A stretch of 64,000 nucleotides of DNA from the human T2T-CHM13v2.0 reference genome, Homo sapiens. The position numbers and the translations under genes are program-made. The stretch lies in the NCBI RefSeq assembly GCF_009914755.1, contig NC_060927.1. One strand, given 5' to 3'. The notes beneath the pieces were generated by a model. It was not told the origin of the DNA, did no database searches, and saw only the letters and a list, made by a program, of their open reading frames with translations. This document shows, one piece after another, positions 28,585 through 43,915 of the stretch; position 1 is the stretch's first letter; every line of letters begins with the position of its first letter.

Positions 28585-29263
28585 GGGGGATAAGAGAGAA
28601 CTTTTATCAGGAAGCTGAAGGTAGCACAGAAAGTAATCATTGGAAAAATCCTAGATGGAGTAGCAGCCAGAGGCTGTAACAGAAATATCTAAGATCAATT
28701 TTAAATGGTATGCCTCGCTGAGATAAAAACTATCTTGATCTTCCTAAATTTTCAGTGACTACTGCTTCAAAAACAAAGTCTTATGAGAGAAGCTATCTGA
28801 GTTTCACAGAAGTAGAAATGTCCATCAAAAATGACCATGAGAATTTTAATCCCTGCAAGAATTGGCAGCAGGACTTCCCACAGGACTTGAGGTAAGAGCT
28901 TAAGCTAATTTTATTTAAATATCAAAGAGCAGTGTTGCTTAGCTGATATCTGGATAGAAGTATTACTGTGGCTTACACTGGAGCTTAACAATGACTAAGT
29001 TTTTTTGTTGTTGTTGCATTAACTCTGTTCTTTCTTGACTATTCACACATTTCTGGGAGCCATCTTAGGTAACTCTATGCTTCCTTTTCTGTCTTTTTTT
29101 GCTATCTCATCGTGACCCGAACACCTCCGGCCTAAGCTTGAATGAAAGAGCTTGCTGACGCTCATTTGTATTTACGAAATATAAAAGATCTCAAGCGCAT
29201 TGCAATAGGAGTTCCCATCTGCTTGCCCCTTGCATCATAGTTTTAACTCATTAAATATTGGGT

Positions 29264-30562
<1,299 letters not shown>

Positions 30563-30637
30563 TTTGCTCATAAAACTTAATATTCAGATCTATAATGAGA
30601 GAGATTATTAACCCCCATCAGGAAACACTTTGATTTT

Positions 30638-31650
30638 TGTGGAAAGGAAAGACTTGCCAGACTGACTTCAGAATTATGTAAATGCTATGCATACCTGGTA
30701 TTGATTGTCTGCCCTAAAGCTACCTGGCACATCTAAAAGGCAAGCCTTCTTTAGTTAATTGCAAGGCCCGCATCAGCGTTTATAGTGAAAATAAAGAGAT
30801 TATATTATATTATGTTATTTATATTATATTATAGAGGTGAAAACAAAGAGATTATCAATGGGCTGGCAGGAACAGGCAAAGAGAAAAGCCACTGATGCTA
30901 TAAAGCCTTACACAAGTGGGTTTCATAGCACTGGTTCTGGCTTGCATTTCCTTAAATTTCCAGTTTCATAGACATCCCCAAATGCCAAAAAATAGGACAA
31001 GTAATTCAGAATGAGATGCTAGGTCACCTTTGCAGGGCATTCTAATGGGCTGCATTAGAGCTGCTTCACTTACAGGATGAGATTGGACAGCAAAGCGGAG
31101 GCTGAGGATTCTCCTGGAGCATCAGGGGCATGAAGGGGAGGAGGTGTTTTCCCTCCGCCTCCAGGTAAAGGGAAAGGGGGTGCTAAGGCCGCTCTTCAAA
31201 AAACTTTACATATTTTCTCTAGAGCTTGAGAAGCTAACATGTGACTCTTGCCAAGAAAAGAGTCTTGATGCCAGGGGAGCTGTGCCTGGAACTGATACTT
31301 TCTGGCTGCACAAGGGTTAAGTCTGCATTGGAGTAAGCTGAGCTTCCCCTGCTGGTGGGACAAGGGTTTGCGAATTTACCTATGAACTAATCCTGTTTGA
31401 AAGAACCAGCCCTGTCTCCTCCCTACAGAAGACTGCCTGGATTCCTGAAGGGACCTTTAAAGAATAAAGCCTGTGGGTTGGACCAGGGGAGGGGATCTTT
31501 GAGGTTCTAGTTACATTGGACTGGATGAAAGGTATTCAAATAGTTATTTAAAAAGGAGTCAAATGGAATGCGGTGGAGAAACGTAACATTTTATTTTATT
31601 TTTTGCTTGTACCATATGTAATCCAGAGGCTTTTCAACAAAATCGCTACA
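30638..31650 (+). mobile_element. Putative ancient LTR relic (LTR78/MamGypLTR-like)
   Basis: GC-richer block starting TGTGG and ending GCTACA, with AATAAA; no TSD found; family uncertain. Confidence 0.3.
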
Positions 31651-31756
31651 ATCAGAAAGTAGTTGCGTTTGTTCTTCGATTTTTACAGACTAGTAACATA
31701 ATTTTAAGGAATATTAACAATTAAGTTTACTCTGTATCATCATATAGCAAATATCA

Positions 31757-32086
<330 letters not shown>

Positions 32087-32429
32087 TTAGGTGTCTAATA
32101 TTTATTAACTATTTTTTTCCTAAATTTTTTTTTCCATCCTGATTTTCTAATAGCAGCTTTCCCCATTACTCTCATGCATACATCATAACTCTAGGAAAAC
32201 CCCACCACTGACTTTTCCCTGAATACCCTTTTCTACCTTTATCCCTTGAAACCTATATGTGGATATAGTAATATGTTAAATGTTACTTACTCATTCAAGC
32301 GTTTTTGTTTTTCTCCAGCCATATATAAAATTCTCACTTATTCTATTGAAAAGTGTCATGATGTTTTGTTCTCATGGTTATACTTGCTCTACTTTAAATT
32401 GTATTTCCGTGCTTTGCCAGGTCAACCAA

Positions 32430-32530
32430 TGTATTTATTCTTTCATTCAGCAAACACTTGATCACTGGTTATTATGTGCAAGGAATTGTGTTGCATTCCT
32501 TAAGCAAACAGAGATAGTCATTTTATCGAC
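32430..32530 (-). mobile_element. L2 3' end
   Basis: TTCATTCAGCAAACACTTGATCAC..TATGTGCAAGG. Confidence 0.55.
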
Positions 32531-34300
32531 CATAGTCACTAGGAAATTAATAGTATTCAAAAATATGTTTTGAAGAAACATCAAACTGAGCATTTAATGA
32601 ATGCATCTCTGCACAATACACTGTGTGGAATACAAACATGAATCTGATGCAATCTTGCCCACAAAAAGAAGAGCTTGTTATTCAATGATTAATTATGATA
32701 TCATATTATATATGGTAAAATGTGACAAATGAGAAGCTGTAAGTATTTAGTTACAATAAGACAGTGCCATAAAGACTAAATTTCTGGTGTGGGTTACAAG
32801 TGAGTGTCTTGTTTATAACCTTTCTACCATCTCATATAAGTCTGTTTACCTTTTGAATGAGATAACACCACCACACAGAAATATATTTGTGTATTGAATA
32901 CTACGTCATAAGTAAAGACTCTAAAGATGACTATGATCTGATCTCTTACCTCAAAAGAGGCTATGAGGCAAAGGGAGTAATAAACTTTTATGGGGATTAT
33001 ATTAATGAAGTGTGTGTGTGCCCAGGCGTGCGCATTTGTTTCCAGAATTGAAAGCCATACAAAGCATCTGGCTCTGTTGAGAAAAGTCGGGACATGGTTA
33101 AAGAGAAAATAAAAAATGACTTTAGAAAGAGCAAACTCTTTTACAGTAAAAAATAAAATAAAGTCTTTTTTCAAAAATAAAAGGAGTTTAAATCTAGAAG
33201 TGTTTCTCAGGAAACCAAGGAGATTGACTTAGCTGGGAGGTTTGCTGCTCGCTCTGCCCATCTTCAATGTCGAAACAAGGCATGTCTCAAGTGTCGCCAG
33301 TACTGTGAAGGCACAGCCCCTGGGCATCATATGAGTGAGAACCTTCACCACACACTTAGTTGTCACAATGCTACTTCTCAGTGGCAGTTTTCTGGACATA
33401 GAGCTCAATTCTTTTCTGCATTTGATGATATCAGCTACTAATCCTGATCCTCTTTCTCCCATTTTATTTCTCCTTAACCTAAATTTCTTTGTTGATGTCT
33501 GAAACTTATTTCTGAAAAATAACCCTACCTTCTCTCAACAAGATTTTTATATAAATGCTAATCTCCCTTAAGGTAGTGTGATTTAATATACTGCCCAGAT
33601 TCTGAAACTTTCACAACCAGGATATCACCCTTAGAGGTGAACTACTACCCATCTTGGCTACGTGGGTGAAGTCTAGACACTCTTCACAAGTGCCACTGTT
33701 TACAAATGCTAGGAAAATAGAATTTATTCCTCAACAAAGATTACAAAGGTTTACAAGAAAAAAGTGGAAAGCAAATTAAAAAAAAAATGACTACCAGATG
33801 ATTTTTCAGAAGTATATTTGGGTTAGTTAAGTATAAATACTTTTGGAAGAATACATTTTCTATAGAATACATACTAAATGTAATGTGGATTGGCAATTGA
33901 ACCTTGGAAAATAAACCACTGAAGTTTCTTTTTTTCAAAACTAAATGCAAAACCAATTAGGACATTGCTGCTTTGACTAAGATGGACATTTTTAAATGCT
34001 TGGGGATTTAAATTTTGTATAACACATGCAGAAAAGAATTGCAAAACAAGGGACAATGTATTTTTTTTTCATTTTGAAACACTTATCCAGGCATATCAGA
34101 AAGACCATATGTTAGTTGCAAGAAAAGTTTGCTCTGAGGGGTTTTAGTTAGAATTTTGTAGTTTGGAGATCGCATATGACAAGATAGGCTTTCAGAAAAG
34201 ATTTAAGGCTTTTTGGTAATGGTAATACAATCAAACTGCATTATAATGTCTAGAGACCCTACTTACAGATATCGTATGCCAAAATAACTGAAGTGCATTT

Positions 34301-34715
34301 TGTTGTGGTCACCCCACAGAAGTGAGATGAACCCCCCCCCCAACTCAAAATTTTGTTTGGATATCAAGATTGATGATGTCACACTCACCAAGAGGGTATT
34401 GAAAGGTTTATTACTCACATAAGTATTTCTGAGGAAAACAGAATGAGCTCTCAAGCAGGTCCCTGAATTTCTTGATAAAACAGAGAACAAAGACTGGCTT
34501 TAGGGTTTTTATAGTTGATAGGGGATGAGGAGAGGGTGAGGGTTCCTTTGCTTATGCTGGGACCTTTATGGTTTAAAATTCCCACCAGCGCCAAGGATAG
34601 AGCATCGGGCTTTCTTATCAGCTTGCCCAGACACAGAGCAGAGGGGAAAGGGAAGTCCTCAGGCTTGAAAGCTGCCAGCAGTCAAATATTAAAAATGGAA
34701 TCTGACCCTGCTGCA
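34301..34715 (-). repeat. 3' LTR of the provirus
   Basis: Shares GTTGTGGTCACCC, AAAGGTTTATTACT, TTTCTTATCAGCTT and CAGCAGTC..AAAAATGGA.TCTGA with the other LTR; preceded on minus by purine-rich AGAGGTGAA. Confidence 0.85.
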
Positions 34716-35110
34716 ATTCACCTCTGATATTTCACTAGTAGCTAAAGTGTGCAATGTTTCAGTTAACTGAATTTGAACTTGCTTAAATAAACCATCACCA
34801 TGTTCTGTAGGCCTCTTGTTTGAGGCTGGTATGGGAGGTGAATGTTTTTTTGAATGTATCATTCAAGAGTCCAGTATTGTATAGCTTTGGAAGTGAAATG
34901 AATGCCTTGGTCACTATCAATAGTGTCTGAAACTCTGAAGGGAGTATGCAATATCTTCAGGAGGCCTTGTATTGTGGTTTTAGCATGTGCAGGACATGTT
35001 TGATTTTTAATTTTTTGGGTATATTTGTGAAGCAGGACGTCATCAGAGCTCTTTAAACCAAAAGAGGCGGTTGGGATATGCAATGTTTGTTGTTGCCATT
35101 GCTAGATGAG

Positions 35111-35232
35111 ATAGCCAATCCACCTGCAATGAACAATAATATTTAAAAATAATAGCCAATCCACCTGCAATGAACAATAATATTTAAAAATAATAGCCAA
35201 TCCACTGGCAATGACCAATAATATTTAAAAAT
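35111..35232. repeat. 41-bp tandem repeat, three copies
   Basis: Units start at 35111, 35152 and 35193; copies 1 and 2 identical, copy 3 has 3 internal mismatches. Confidence 0.97.
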
Positions 35233-35604
35233 GTGCAGAGGGGGCCAATTGTTGGACAGGTTATCCAATGCTAAGATGACTTCCCTAAAGTAGAGATAGT
35301 TGTGCTGACCTTTGGATCCTATGGTGTCAGGGACATCCTGATAAAGGGATGAAGAGTAATCACCCTTCAGAAATCCTTATCACATGTGACGATGTTGCTG
35401 ATGTCCATAAAGTATCCAAATTCCTTTTCTATTCACTCCATTATGGCCAAGGGATATTCCTGTGGAACCATAACATCTACAAAGATTTGGGGGATGGGGA
35501 TGGAAGGGGTCCTATTCCTCTGATGAGATATGCCAGAGCACTCACATTTTATTCTGTCTTCTAGGAGGAAGCCTCTGTGGTTGCACGGAACTTGTGGGGT
35601 ACTA

Positions 35605-35892
35605 TCTTTTTTTTAATAAGGCTTTGCTCTGTCACCTAGGCTGAAGGTATGATCATGGCTCACTGCAGCCTCAACTTCCTGGGTTCATGCAATCCTCCCC
35701 ACTTGGCATCCTGAGTAACTAGGACTACAGGCGCTCACCACCGTGCATGGATTTTTTTTTTTTTTTGGTTGGGGGGTAGAGAGGATGTCTTACAGTGTGG
35801 TCCAGGCTGGTCTTGAACTCCTGGGATCAAGCAATCCTCCCACCTTGGCCTTCCCAAACGCTAGGATCACAAGCTTGAGCCACCATGCCTGG
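35605..35892 (-). mobile_element. AluJ inserted in ERV pol
   Basis: ATCATGGCTCACTGCAGCCTC and AAGCAATCCTCCCACC (J type); TSD GTGGGGTACT(A)TC. Confidence 0.92.
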
Positions 35893-38349
35893 AAAAGTGG
35901 GGTACTTCTTTTACATTGAAGATATAAGCACAATTAGATATGTAGAGTCATGGGTTCAGGGCCTGTGAGAGCCTCTGTTTTCAGGAAAGCCCAGAATGCA
36001 GTCAGTAATGGCCACTGTAAGGGTATGTATGGTATAGCCAAAGAGGACAATTTCTTACACAAAGAGGTCAATTTCTTATGGTAGAAGTTCATGGACAATT
36101 TGTGGGTATTTTGGGTGGTCCAAAGACCCCAGAAAACTGGATGTTAATAGAGCCTCTAGAGTGAAAGAGTCTCTAATAGGCCTTAATGGAAATGCCTGTT
36201 GCCTTGCAATTTAGATGGATTTTGGAGCATTTCAGTGTAGGATGCTACAATCAAGGTTTGCTGATTTGTCAGCAACAGTATAAAAGGCTTAAGTAAAATT
36301 TGTAACTGAGGAATATGTTGCCTCCAGACCCCAAAAAGGCCTAAAAGATGTTTGCCTTCTTTAAAAAAAATTGTGGGTGCTGTGTGTTGACAGTGGTGGG
36401 GGTAGCCATTTGTTGACAGTGTTAGGGATAGAGTGGACCTTAGTTTACCAAATAATTTTTGGAAATTTGTGGAGTCTTGGAGGTTGTGGACTCTGGTACT
36501 ATTTGTGTGGCCCTGGCCTGTTCCCTTTCTTCATGCTCCTTTGTGAGTATTTGTATGTCTTGAATGAGTATGTCAAACAAATCACCTTGGAAGATGATCA
36601 TTATTATAATATCATACCTATGTTCCTGGAGAAAGGTAGATGTGATTAAGAATATGCCTGCAAACATTTTGTGTGATGGCAGGGCTGTTGCAGTACTCCA
36701 TGTGTAGCGGATAAAGGTGCCTTAGGCTCTTCAGAGGTGAAGGCAAACTGGCTGAGAAACTGCTGAAATAAAAACAGAACATATCAGTTAAATCTATGAC
36801 TACAAAGTATTCACTAGTTGTTGATTGGATGAAACTGGCAATTTCAAGACTATTGGGTATTGGAATCCTAATGAATAAAACCAGGGCATTGAGTAATGCA
36901 CCATTAGATGGAATTCATTCTTGCTAAGTCAAAGAATAAGTTAGGTTGAACTGCTAAAGAGAGAAGCAGTGGGACAAACCTCCCTTCTCTAAATAGGTCT
37001 TACATAATGGGTTTCAATTCTTGAAGGCCCTTTTTAAATTTATAATGGTGTTCATTGGTTATTTTTAACTTGGAAGGAGAAGGCCCATGGAATTCCATTT
37101 TTTCTAGCCATTTGTAAATGGCAAAGACTTAATTAATTTTAATTTTGCATTCAATGAGTGGAAGCTTCTATGTCCACTATGGTATGTTCTAGTGCAATGG
37201 GCTTTACAACTGTGAGGAATTTTGAAAAGGCAATAGCTCAATGGTTAAGGTGAGGCATGTTTCTTGTTGTCTAGTTTATATCCAGGAATTCTTCAGAGAT
37301 TATAAAGGGGTCCCTTGTTTAAATATAGTGGGATCACAAATTTAGCTAGAATTTGCACCTCAGTAGTTATTCTAATTTTGAAAGTTCACCAACTGGTGCA
37401 CTTCAGCAGATATTAAAATTAATTCAGGACCTATGTTGTAGAGGCACAAAAGCCAATCACTCTTATTTTATTGTATTATTGCATAAAATTTCTTAGTAAA
37501 TTTTGAATTTTCAATTGAGTCAGATTGTGAAACTTTATTTTAGATTTTATTTCTTCACTCTGTGTCTCAGGGTTTTTTTTCTTTTCTTTCTTTTTTTTTG
37601 CCAGTTTGTTTGATCATTTATGAATATACTTAAGGGAGAAACCAAATTCGCATCTTCAGAGTTAGGAACCCTTCCCATGGCAATAGATGCTTTCTGGGTT
37701 TAAGGGCTGTGTACTTAAGTCAGGTTAGAACTAATTCCTTTGTTGTTCCATGAGCATGTCATGAGTGTGTTCCCCATAACCCTGAAAAATCAGGATCTTT
37801 GTCAGAGGATTAGGAAGCAGTAGCAACAAAGGAAATTTGTGCCTGGTTAGCCATCTACTTTTAAAAGTGTTGCCTCAACATGTCACATGATAGACGCTTT
37901 TCCTCTACAAGCAACCACCCAATGAACTTATATACCCCACAGAGTATCAGTCTTTCCCCTGATCACTTATAGTATGGGTTCCTGTCAATGCCTAGTTGAA
38001 ACAAACAGACACACAGGGTAAGAGTTGCTACCTTGAGCCTGGCTACAGTAACAAAATATGCTGGCACAGAAACACATGAATCAATCTAACACACAGAGAA
38101 GTCTGGGCCAATACAGATGACCCAGGGCCATTTTAAAAGGGCCTTAATCCCATACTCCTGTCCCTAAGTGCTGATTCTTGAAACCTAATATTCAGGTTAG
38201 TGAAAGCTGAAAGAGGCTCAGTAGCACTCAGCTAATGAAGCACAAAACAGCACAACTCAAAGCAAAAGCTTGAGAGCATGGAGGAAATCCAGTTTAGAAG
38301 CCAAGGCCAGAGAAAAAAGATTCCCAGTGGTGATGGCCACTATCTAGAC

Positions 38350-38367
38350 ATCCTGATTGCTATGCCA
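38350..38367 (-). other. Primer-binding site, tRNA-Ser-like
   Basis: Minus strand TGGCATAGCAATCAGGAT vs PBS-Ser TGGCGTAGTCGGCAGGAT (13/18), just inside the 5' LTR. Confidence 0.65.
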
Positions 38368-38369
38368 AA

Positions 38370-38788
38370 CGTTGTGGTCACCCGTAGCAGGGGAGTGGAC
38401 CCTCCACCCAAAATTTGGTTCGGACGTCAAGACAAACGATGTTACACAATCCATGAAGAAGGTTTGAAAAGGTTTATTACTTACACAATGGGGCTCTCTG
38501 GGGAGAGCAAGGTAGATTCTCGACAGTGCAAAAAAATGGCTTAGAAGAGGGAGGATAGGAGACTAGCTCTGAAGTTTCTATAGCAGTTAGGGGATGAGGT
38601 TCAGGAGAGAGGATCCCCACTCAGGCTGGGACTTACATGGTTTAACCTTTCCACAGCCAAAGGAGGGAGAACCCAAGATTTCTTATCAGCTTTCACATAA
38701 GCAGGGCCGAAAGGGAAATGATGGGACTCAAAAGCTTTCAGCAGTCGAACATCAAAAATGGAGTCTGATATTATATTACTTTATTACA
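38370..38788 (-). repeat. 5' LTR of the provirus
   Basis: Minus strand starts TGTAATAAAG and contains GACTCCATTTTTGATGTTCGACTGCTGA. Confidence 0.85.
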
Positions 38789-38917
38789 CAGTATGTATGT
38801 GGGTGTGTGTAGGTGTGACTGTGTGTGTCATATGCATGTTAGAAGGAAAAGTTTGATTTTGAATATTATACCATATTTTCACCTGAGCTCAGGATGAAAT
38901 AATGATCTATAAGGAAT

Positions 38918-39172
38918 CAAGAGTGGTGTAGAAATAGCATGGATTTTAGAGTCAAACAGATTGAAATTCACATGCTTTTTCTCGACAAGCAACCTAATCT
39001 GCTAAGTATTTATTCCATGCCCTTGGGAATAGATACGTAATTTTTTCAGTTTTCTTCACTATGTAAAATAAAAACTTCATAGAACTGATGGGTATAGGGG
39101 CCAATGTGTGAATGCATGTGAACTGTGTGGCATGGTTTTTGGCATATGGTAGTTATTATTAATGCTAGTTAC
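38918..39172 (+). mobile_element. MIR SINE
   Basis: GAAATAGCATGGATTTTAGAGTCAAACAGA..TTCAGTTTTCTTCACTATGTAAAAT..TGGCATATGGTAG. Confidence 0.7.
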
Positions 39173-39687
39173 TTCTCCTTCAGTCACTCAGTAACTTCTA
39201 TTAACTTATGAATGGAAACCTTGGCAATAGTAATGTTTTCCTAGATAGTCAATTCCCAATTATTCACAAGGGCGTTCTCCTTTCTTGGAAATAAAGTGAT
39301 ACCCCAGGAGTTTCCTGGTTCCCATTTCAGCTGGCCAGCATTCTTCATCCTAGGGTAAGATCTGAGTCAAACCAGCTAATTTAATCACATATTTAATTAA
39401 ATCATTCAAAGTAGTTTCCTCTATTGTGTGCCTTTACATCATAAAAAAGCAAATTTGAATCCTTCCATTTAATGTCTATGAATCAATTGTCTTTTTTAGC
39501 TATGAATTTTAAGACACTTATTATGTGAATTTTTATCATGGTACTTTTTCTTTCAACAGACATGAATTGTGCACATTATGGTAGGCCATGGTGACACAGT
39601 AGGCCTGAAGACACATTAAAAAAATAAAAAGGAAAAGAATTCAAAATATGTGCATGTAGCAAAGCAGAATATGCTATTGGTTGGTAG

Positions 39688-40132
<445 letters not shown>

Positions 40133-40629
40133 TAGCACTGCAGGTGATGTGTTGCTGCCCCAACTGTATCCCGTTTACTATATAATTACTGTGGACACAG
40201 GCTAATTCCAACTCTAATATTTGCTTCACTGTACCTGATGATGCTCTCTAAATTCAGAGACCACTCTACTCACATGCCAGACATGCTTGAAATGCCAAGA
40301 TTTAATATCCACCAGGGGTACACCAAATCAGTCACTGGTGGGAATTGCTCTGTAAGTAACCACCATTCCCATCTCTTAGAGAGGATAACTCAGAAGCATG
40401 TGCTTTATATGGACTTCCAGAGTCAAGTGTCGGGGGCAAAGCAAAATTAGCTGTCTCTACTCCCTGTGCTCCAGGGGATTTTATCATAAGATAAAGGTCT
40501 CTGTTAAAATAAACACCTCCATCATCACAGTCTTACAATAAAGCACTCCTTAAACTTTTTTTCTATGTCAATAGTAGAGTTTAGTGAGCACGAGAATAAT
40601 GGGAATGGAATGTGCAGAAGCCAATAATA

Positions 40630-40860
40630 CATCAGGCCCAGAATTCAAACTGTCTTCAATCCCATAGAAGAAACTTCTTAGCAATATGACTTTGGACAAG
40701 TTACATAGCATCTCTAGAATTCAATACCAAATCTGTAAAATGGGAATAATACAATTTCATTCATCAGGCATTATGTTCTCATGACTAAATGAGACAAACC
40801 ATGTGAAGTTAATGGTGGGGCATCTGGCACACATTAATCATCTCATACAAATAGTTATAA
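40630..40860 (+). mobile_element. MIR SINE
   Basis: TGACTTTGGACAAGTTAC..ATCTGTAAAATGGGAATAATAC. Confidence 0.75.
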
Positions 40861-43856
40861 TCCTCGGGTTTATACAGTTTTCACAGTTGGAAGTTGAAAG
40901 TATTTGATACAATAGCATACATAAAATCAAGCCACCGGGCTTATTTGGCTACTGCTAAAGTGTTTTCAAAAGAGTTTTCCAAATGGGAGGTAATCCTAAT
41001 GTTTACAAGTTATAATATTTTTATCAAAATTGAAATCAGCTCACTATATCAAAATGTGACTGTGGCTTTCTAAATAGTGCCAACAAATTTTCAAAGAGTT
41101 TTAGAAGATGTATCTATCGTTTATTTTTAAGAAAATCCCTACACATTGATAAGCAAGAAATAATGCATTATCTTTATACGAATTATTTCCATGTGCCATG
41201 GGAGATCTGAAGAGTTAATGTTTCAAAACACTACTAAGTGGTTGATAAAAGTTTCAGTTTGAGGACAAATAGTCATAGAATTTAATAGCTAAGAAATACC
41301 AAACATAGAACACATGGTTCATTACCTGGTGTTATTCCAATATGCTTTGTTATAATTGGAAATGAAGAAGGGTAAGTATGTGTAAGCCTGCACCACAGGC
41401 GTCTGTGACACTTCTCTTGGCCAAGCCCCAACCCCAAAGCCACAAGTATGTCTTATTGGATAAACCTAGGGCTTCCTCACTTGCATGCACTATGACACAA
41501 GTCACATATAATGCTTGTACCAACAGTTACATAACTTGCTTTGTAGCCATAGTAATCTTGCTTCTTCCTCTCTGGGGCCCATTCTGTCACTGCTCATTTG
41601 TCTTGTTCCACGCCGCCCTTTTAAGCCACGCCACGCCATTCCTTTTAAGCCCTGGTGCCTCAGCTCCTTACTCCCTAAAAATTGGCCTGGACTCTGCAAA
41701 GTGCAACAGATTCCCTTTTACTATTCACCTCTTATGTGACTCTGCCTCTTCTAAACTGGCTTCTGAATCTTTAGACTGCAGCTCCCTTTCTCTGTGCATT
41801 TGGCATGAATGTGATATCATTCCTGAGGATGAGAGGGATGATCTTCTAATCCAACCCTCTCACTGTACAGATAATGAAAGGACTTCACATGAGTTACTTT
41901 TAGATTAGAATGTTTCTCATGAGATTTTTGCAAAAATATTTACAAATCACTTCAAATGGTGGGCTAATTTCTGGAAGGTTTCCACCAATGGCTAGTCCTC
42001 CCTTCTGTGTTATATTGATTCCTAATAGTTTTATTCAGAGGATAAAATTTATACATTGTCCCCTGAGGTAAAAATGCCTCTTCATTAATAAGCCGATAGA
42101 TCAGAAGAGAGAATGTATTATTGTCTTTGAGTAAAAATGCACAGAAAGCAAGTTTTTAAAATGTATTTAAATTCTTTATGTCATTAATTTAAATTATATA
42201 TCATTCACATGAATTATTCTGGAATTTATTTCTTCTTTCCTTGGTTCCCTGAAATTTCCACCTTTTGTGTGTATGTTACTTTATAGTATTTAAGGTATAT
42301 CACATTCTTCTAATAAAAATAAATAATGCTGGATGGGAAAATGTACAATTTTATTGTATAAGTGGATAAAACATGGATCATTTCTAGCTGGCTGGGTTAG
42401 ACTACAGAAAGTAAGAAAAAAGAAATTGTGAAAATACCAAGGATGTTGGTGAAAGCTGGAATGTTGATATACTTGAGAGCCCAAATTGCATAATTTTCTC
42501 TTTCCAAAAGACGAAATATTTAAAAATACTCACAGATGGTGAAAATATCCAATATACTGTCCCAAGTATGTCATTCTCTAGGTGCACCAAAAGCATTTCT
42601 TTAGGCATTTAAGATTTAAACACTCTTTATGGTGTCCATTTCACAGTTAATTATTCTCTGTCCATGTAACACTGTTGAAAGATTCCAGAATCTATCATTG
42701 TCTTTGGAACTAGTTTTTACAAATTATGAGTACAAAGTTACTTTGAATTTTATGTATTTTATTACCTAAATAAACAAATAAAGCATGAGGTGAATAGTTG
42801 ATAATTTTTTAAACATCTGTCGAGGTATCTCAAACTCCATTGGAAAAATATTGTTTAATGTTCCTGCTTGAAAGAGAAGATTTGAAAAAGAAAAGAAATA
42901 GACTGTTGTGTGTCTCATTTTTACCTCAAACCAATTTCCTCGTTCTTATTTGGAAACCTTGGTTTAAAATCATACTGAGGAAAACCACAAGTGAATCCAT
43001 TAACTACTTCAGTGACACACATCCATTTCAAACAATGAAGACCTTCCATCCAAATTTACTAGTGTGTCACAGCCGCACTTTAATCCTTCCTTCTTTATCT
43101 AGAATATAGCAACTTCCTCTAATACTTTAAAAGAACCTTGGTCAACATACTCCATCAACACTCTCTTTGTCCTTCCTAATACTCTTTATTTTGTGTTATT
43201 TAAAGATTTTTGTAAAAGTATCTTCCCCCCTTTAAAATGTCAAGTTTTACTTGTTTAAAATATATGTGCTACTGTACCTCCATAAACCACTGGCTGGGCC
43301 TAGTGGCAAGAATATGAGTTGGCTCCTCTTTAGGAAAGATGTCATAATTCCCCAACACCATCTTCACTCTGTAGAATATGGCCTCCAATTCTTCATTTAA
43401 CAAAGCGATTCTGTTGAAAAGAACAACCATCTAACACAAACATTCATAAAATAGTTAAAATGGTTAATTACCTTTATGTTTTTCAGCCAAGCATTGCTTT
43501 ATTTCAGCATTGTCAGCATAATTTTATTCACCATAATATGTAATGTAGATTGTCATGTTGTTGCTAAAATTTAATAAATTGAGCAACTATTATTTAATTA
43601 ATCCAATAACAGAACTATCAACCAGAACACCCAGCAAAATCTTTGCTTCAGTGTTCTTCTATGCATCGGAACAGAGAATGGTTAAACTGCTTTGGGGTCC
43701 TGATTTATATATTTCCTGAGTGATTTGGGACACACTGGAAAAAGTACTCCATAATAACCAGGAGATCTCAGTTCTCTGCAGCTCTGCAGCAAAGTAACTT
43801 CGTGATTCTAGGCCTGGGTGGTCTGGGTCTGATTCATAGGTTTGCAAGTCTAAGAT

Positions 43857-43905
<49 letters not shown>

Positions 43906-43915
43906 GATAGATAGA
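43857..43915. repeat. (TAGA)12 TGA (TAGA)2 tetranucleotide STR with degenerate GATA-rich flank to about 44035
   Basis: Counted directly. Confidence 0.95.

Larger units (their letters stand above)
34860..37000 (-). pseudogene. Decayed ERV pol (RT to integrase)
   Basis: YFVVIDLTDMF (about 36777-36809), SQFAFT, EYCNSPAI, integrase LQVDW and IDSDQGIHFT; many frameshifts. Confidence 0.85.
34301..38788 (-). mobile_element. ERVL-class provirus remnant with two LTRs (LTR47-like) and a deleted gag-pol interior
   Basis: Direct repeats at 34301-34715 and 38370-38788; PBS, PPT-like tract, RT and integrase motifs on the minus strand. Confidence 0.88.

Noticed and set aside
28756-28891. Possible exon (TTTTCAG acceptor, GAG/GTAAGA donor)
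   Set aside because: Weak polypyrimidine tract, no partner exons or coding signal; cannot be supported without RNA data
35111-35232. CRISPR-like array
   Set aside because: Units are contiguous with no unique spacers; eukaryotic ERV context; no cas genes
41608-41652. CCACGCC x3 with repeated CCTTTTAAGCC (KLF/SP-like)
   Set aside because: Explained by a small local duplication; too short to call regulatory
41378-41908. 176-aa ORF in non-repeat DNA
   Set aside because: No recognisable domain, non-globular composition and no exon context; consistent with chance
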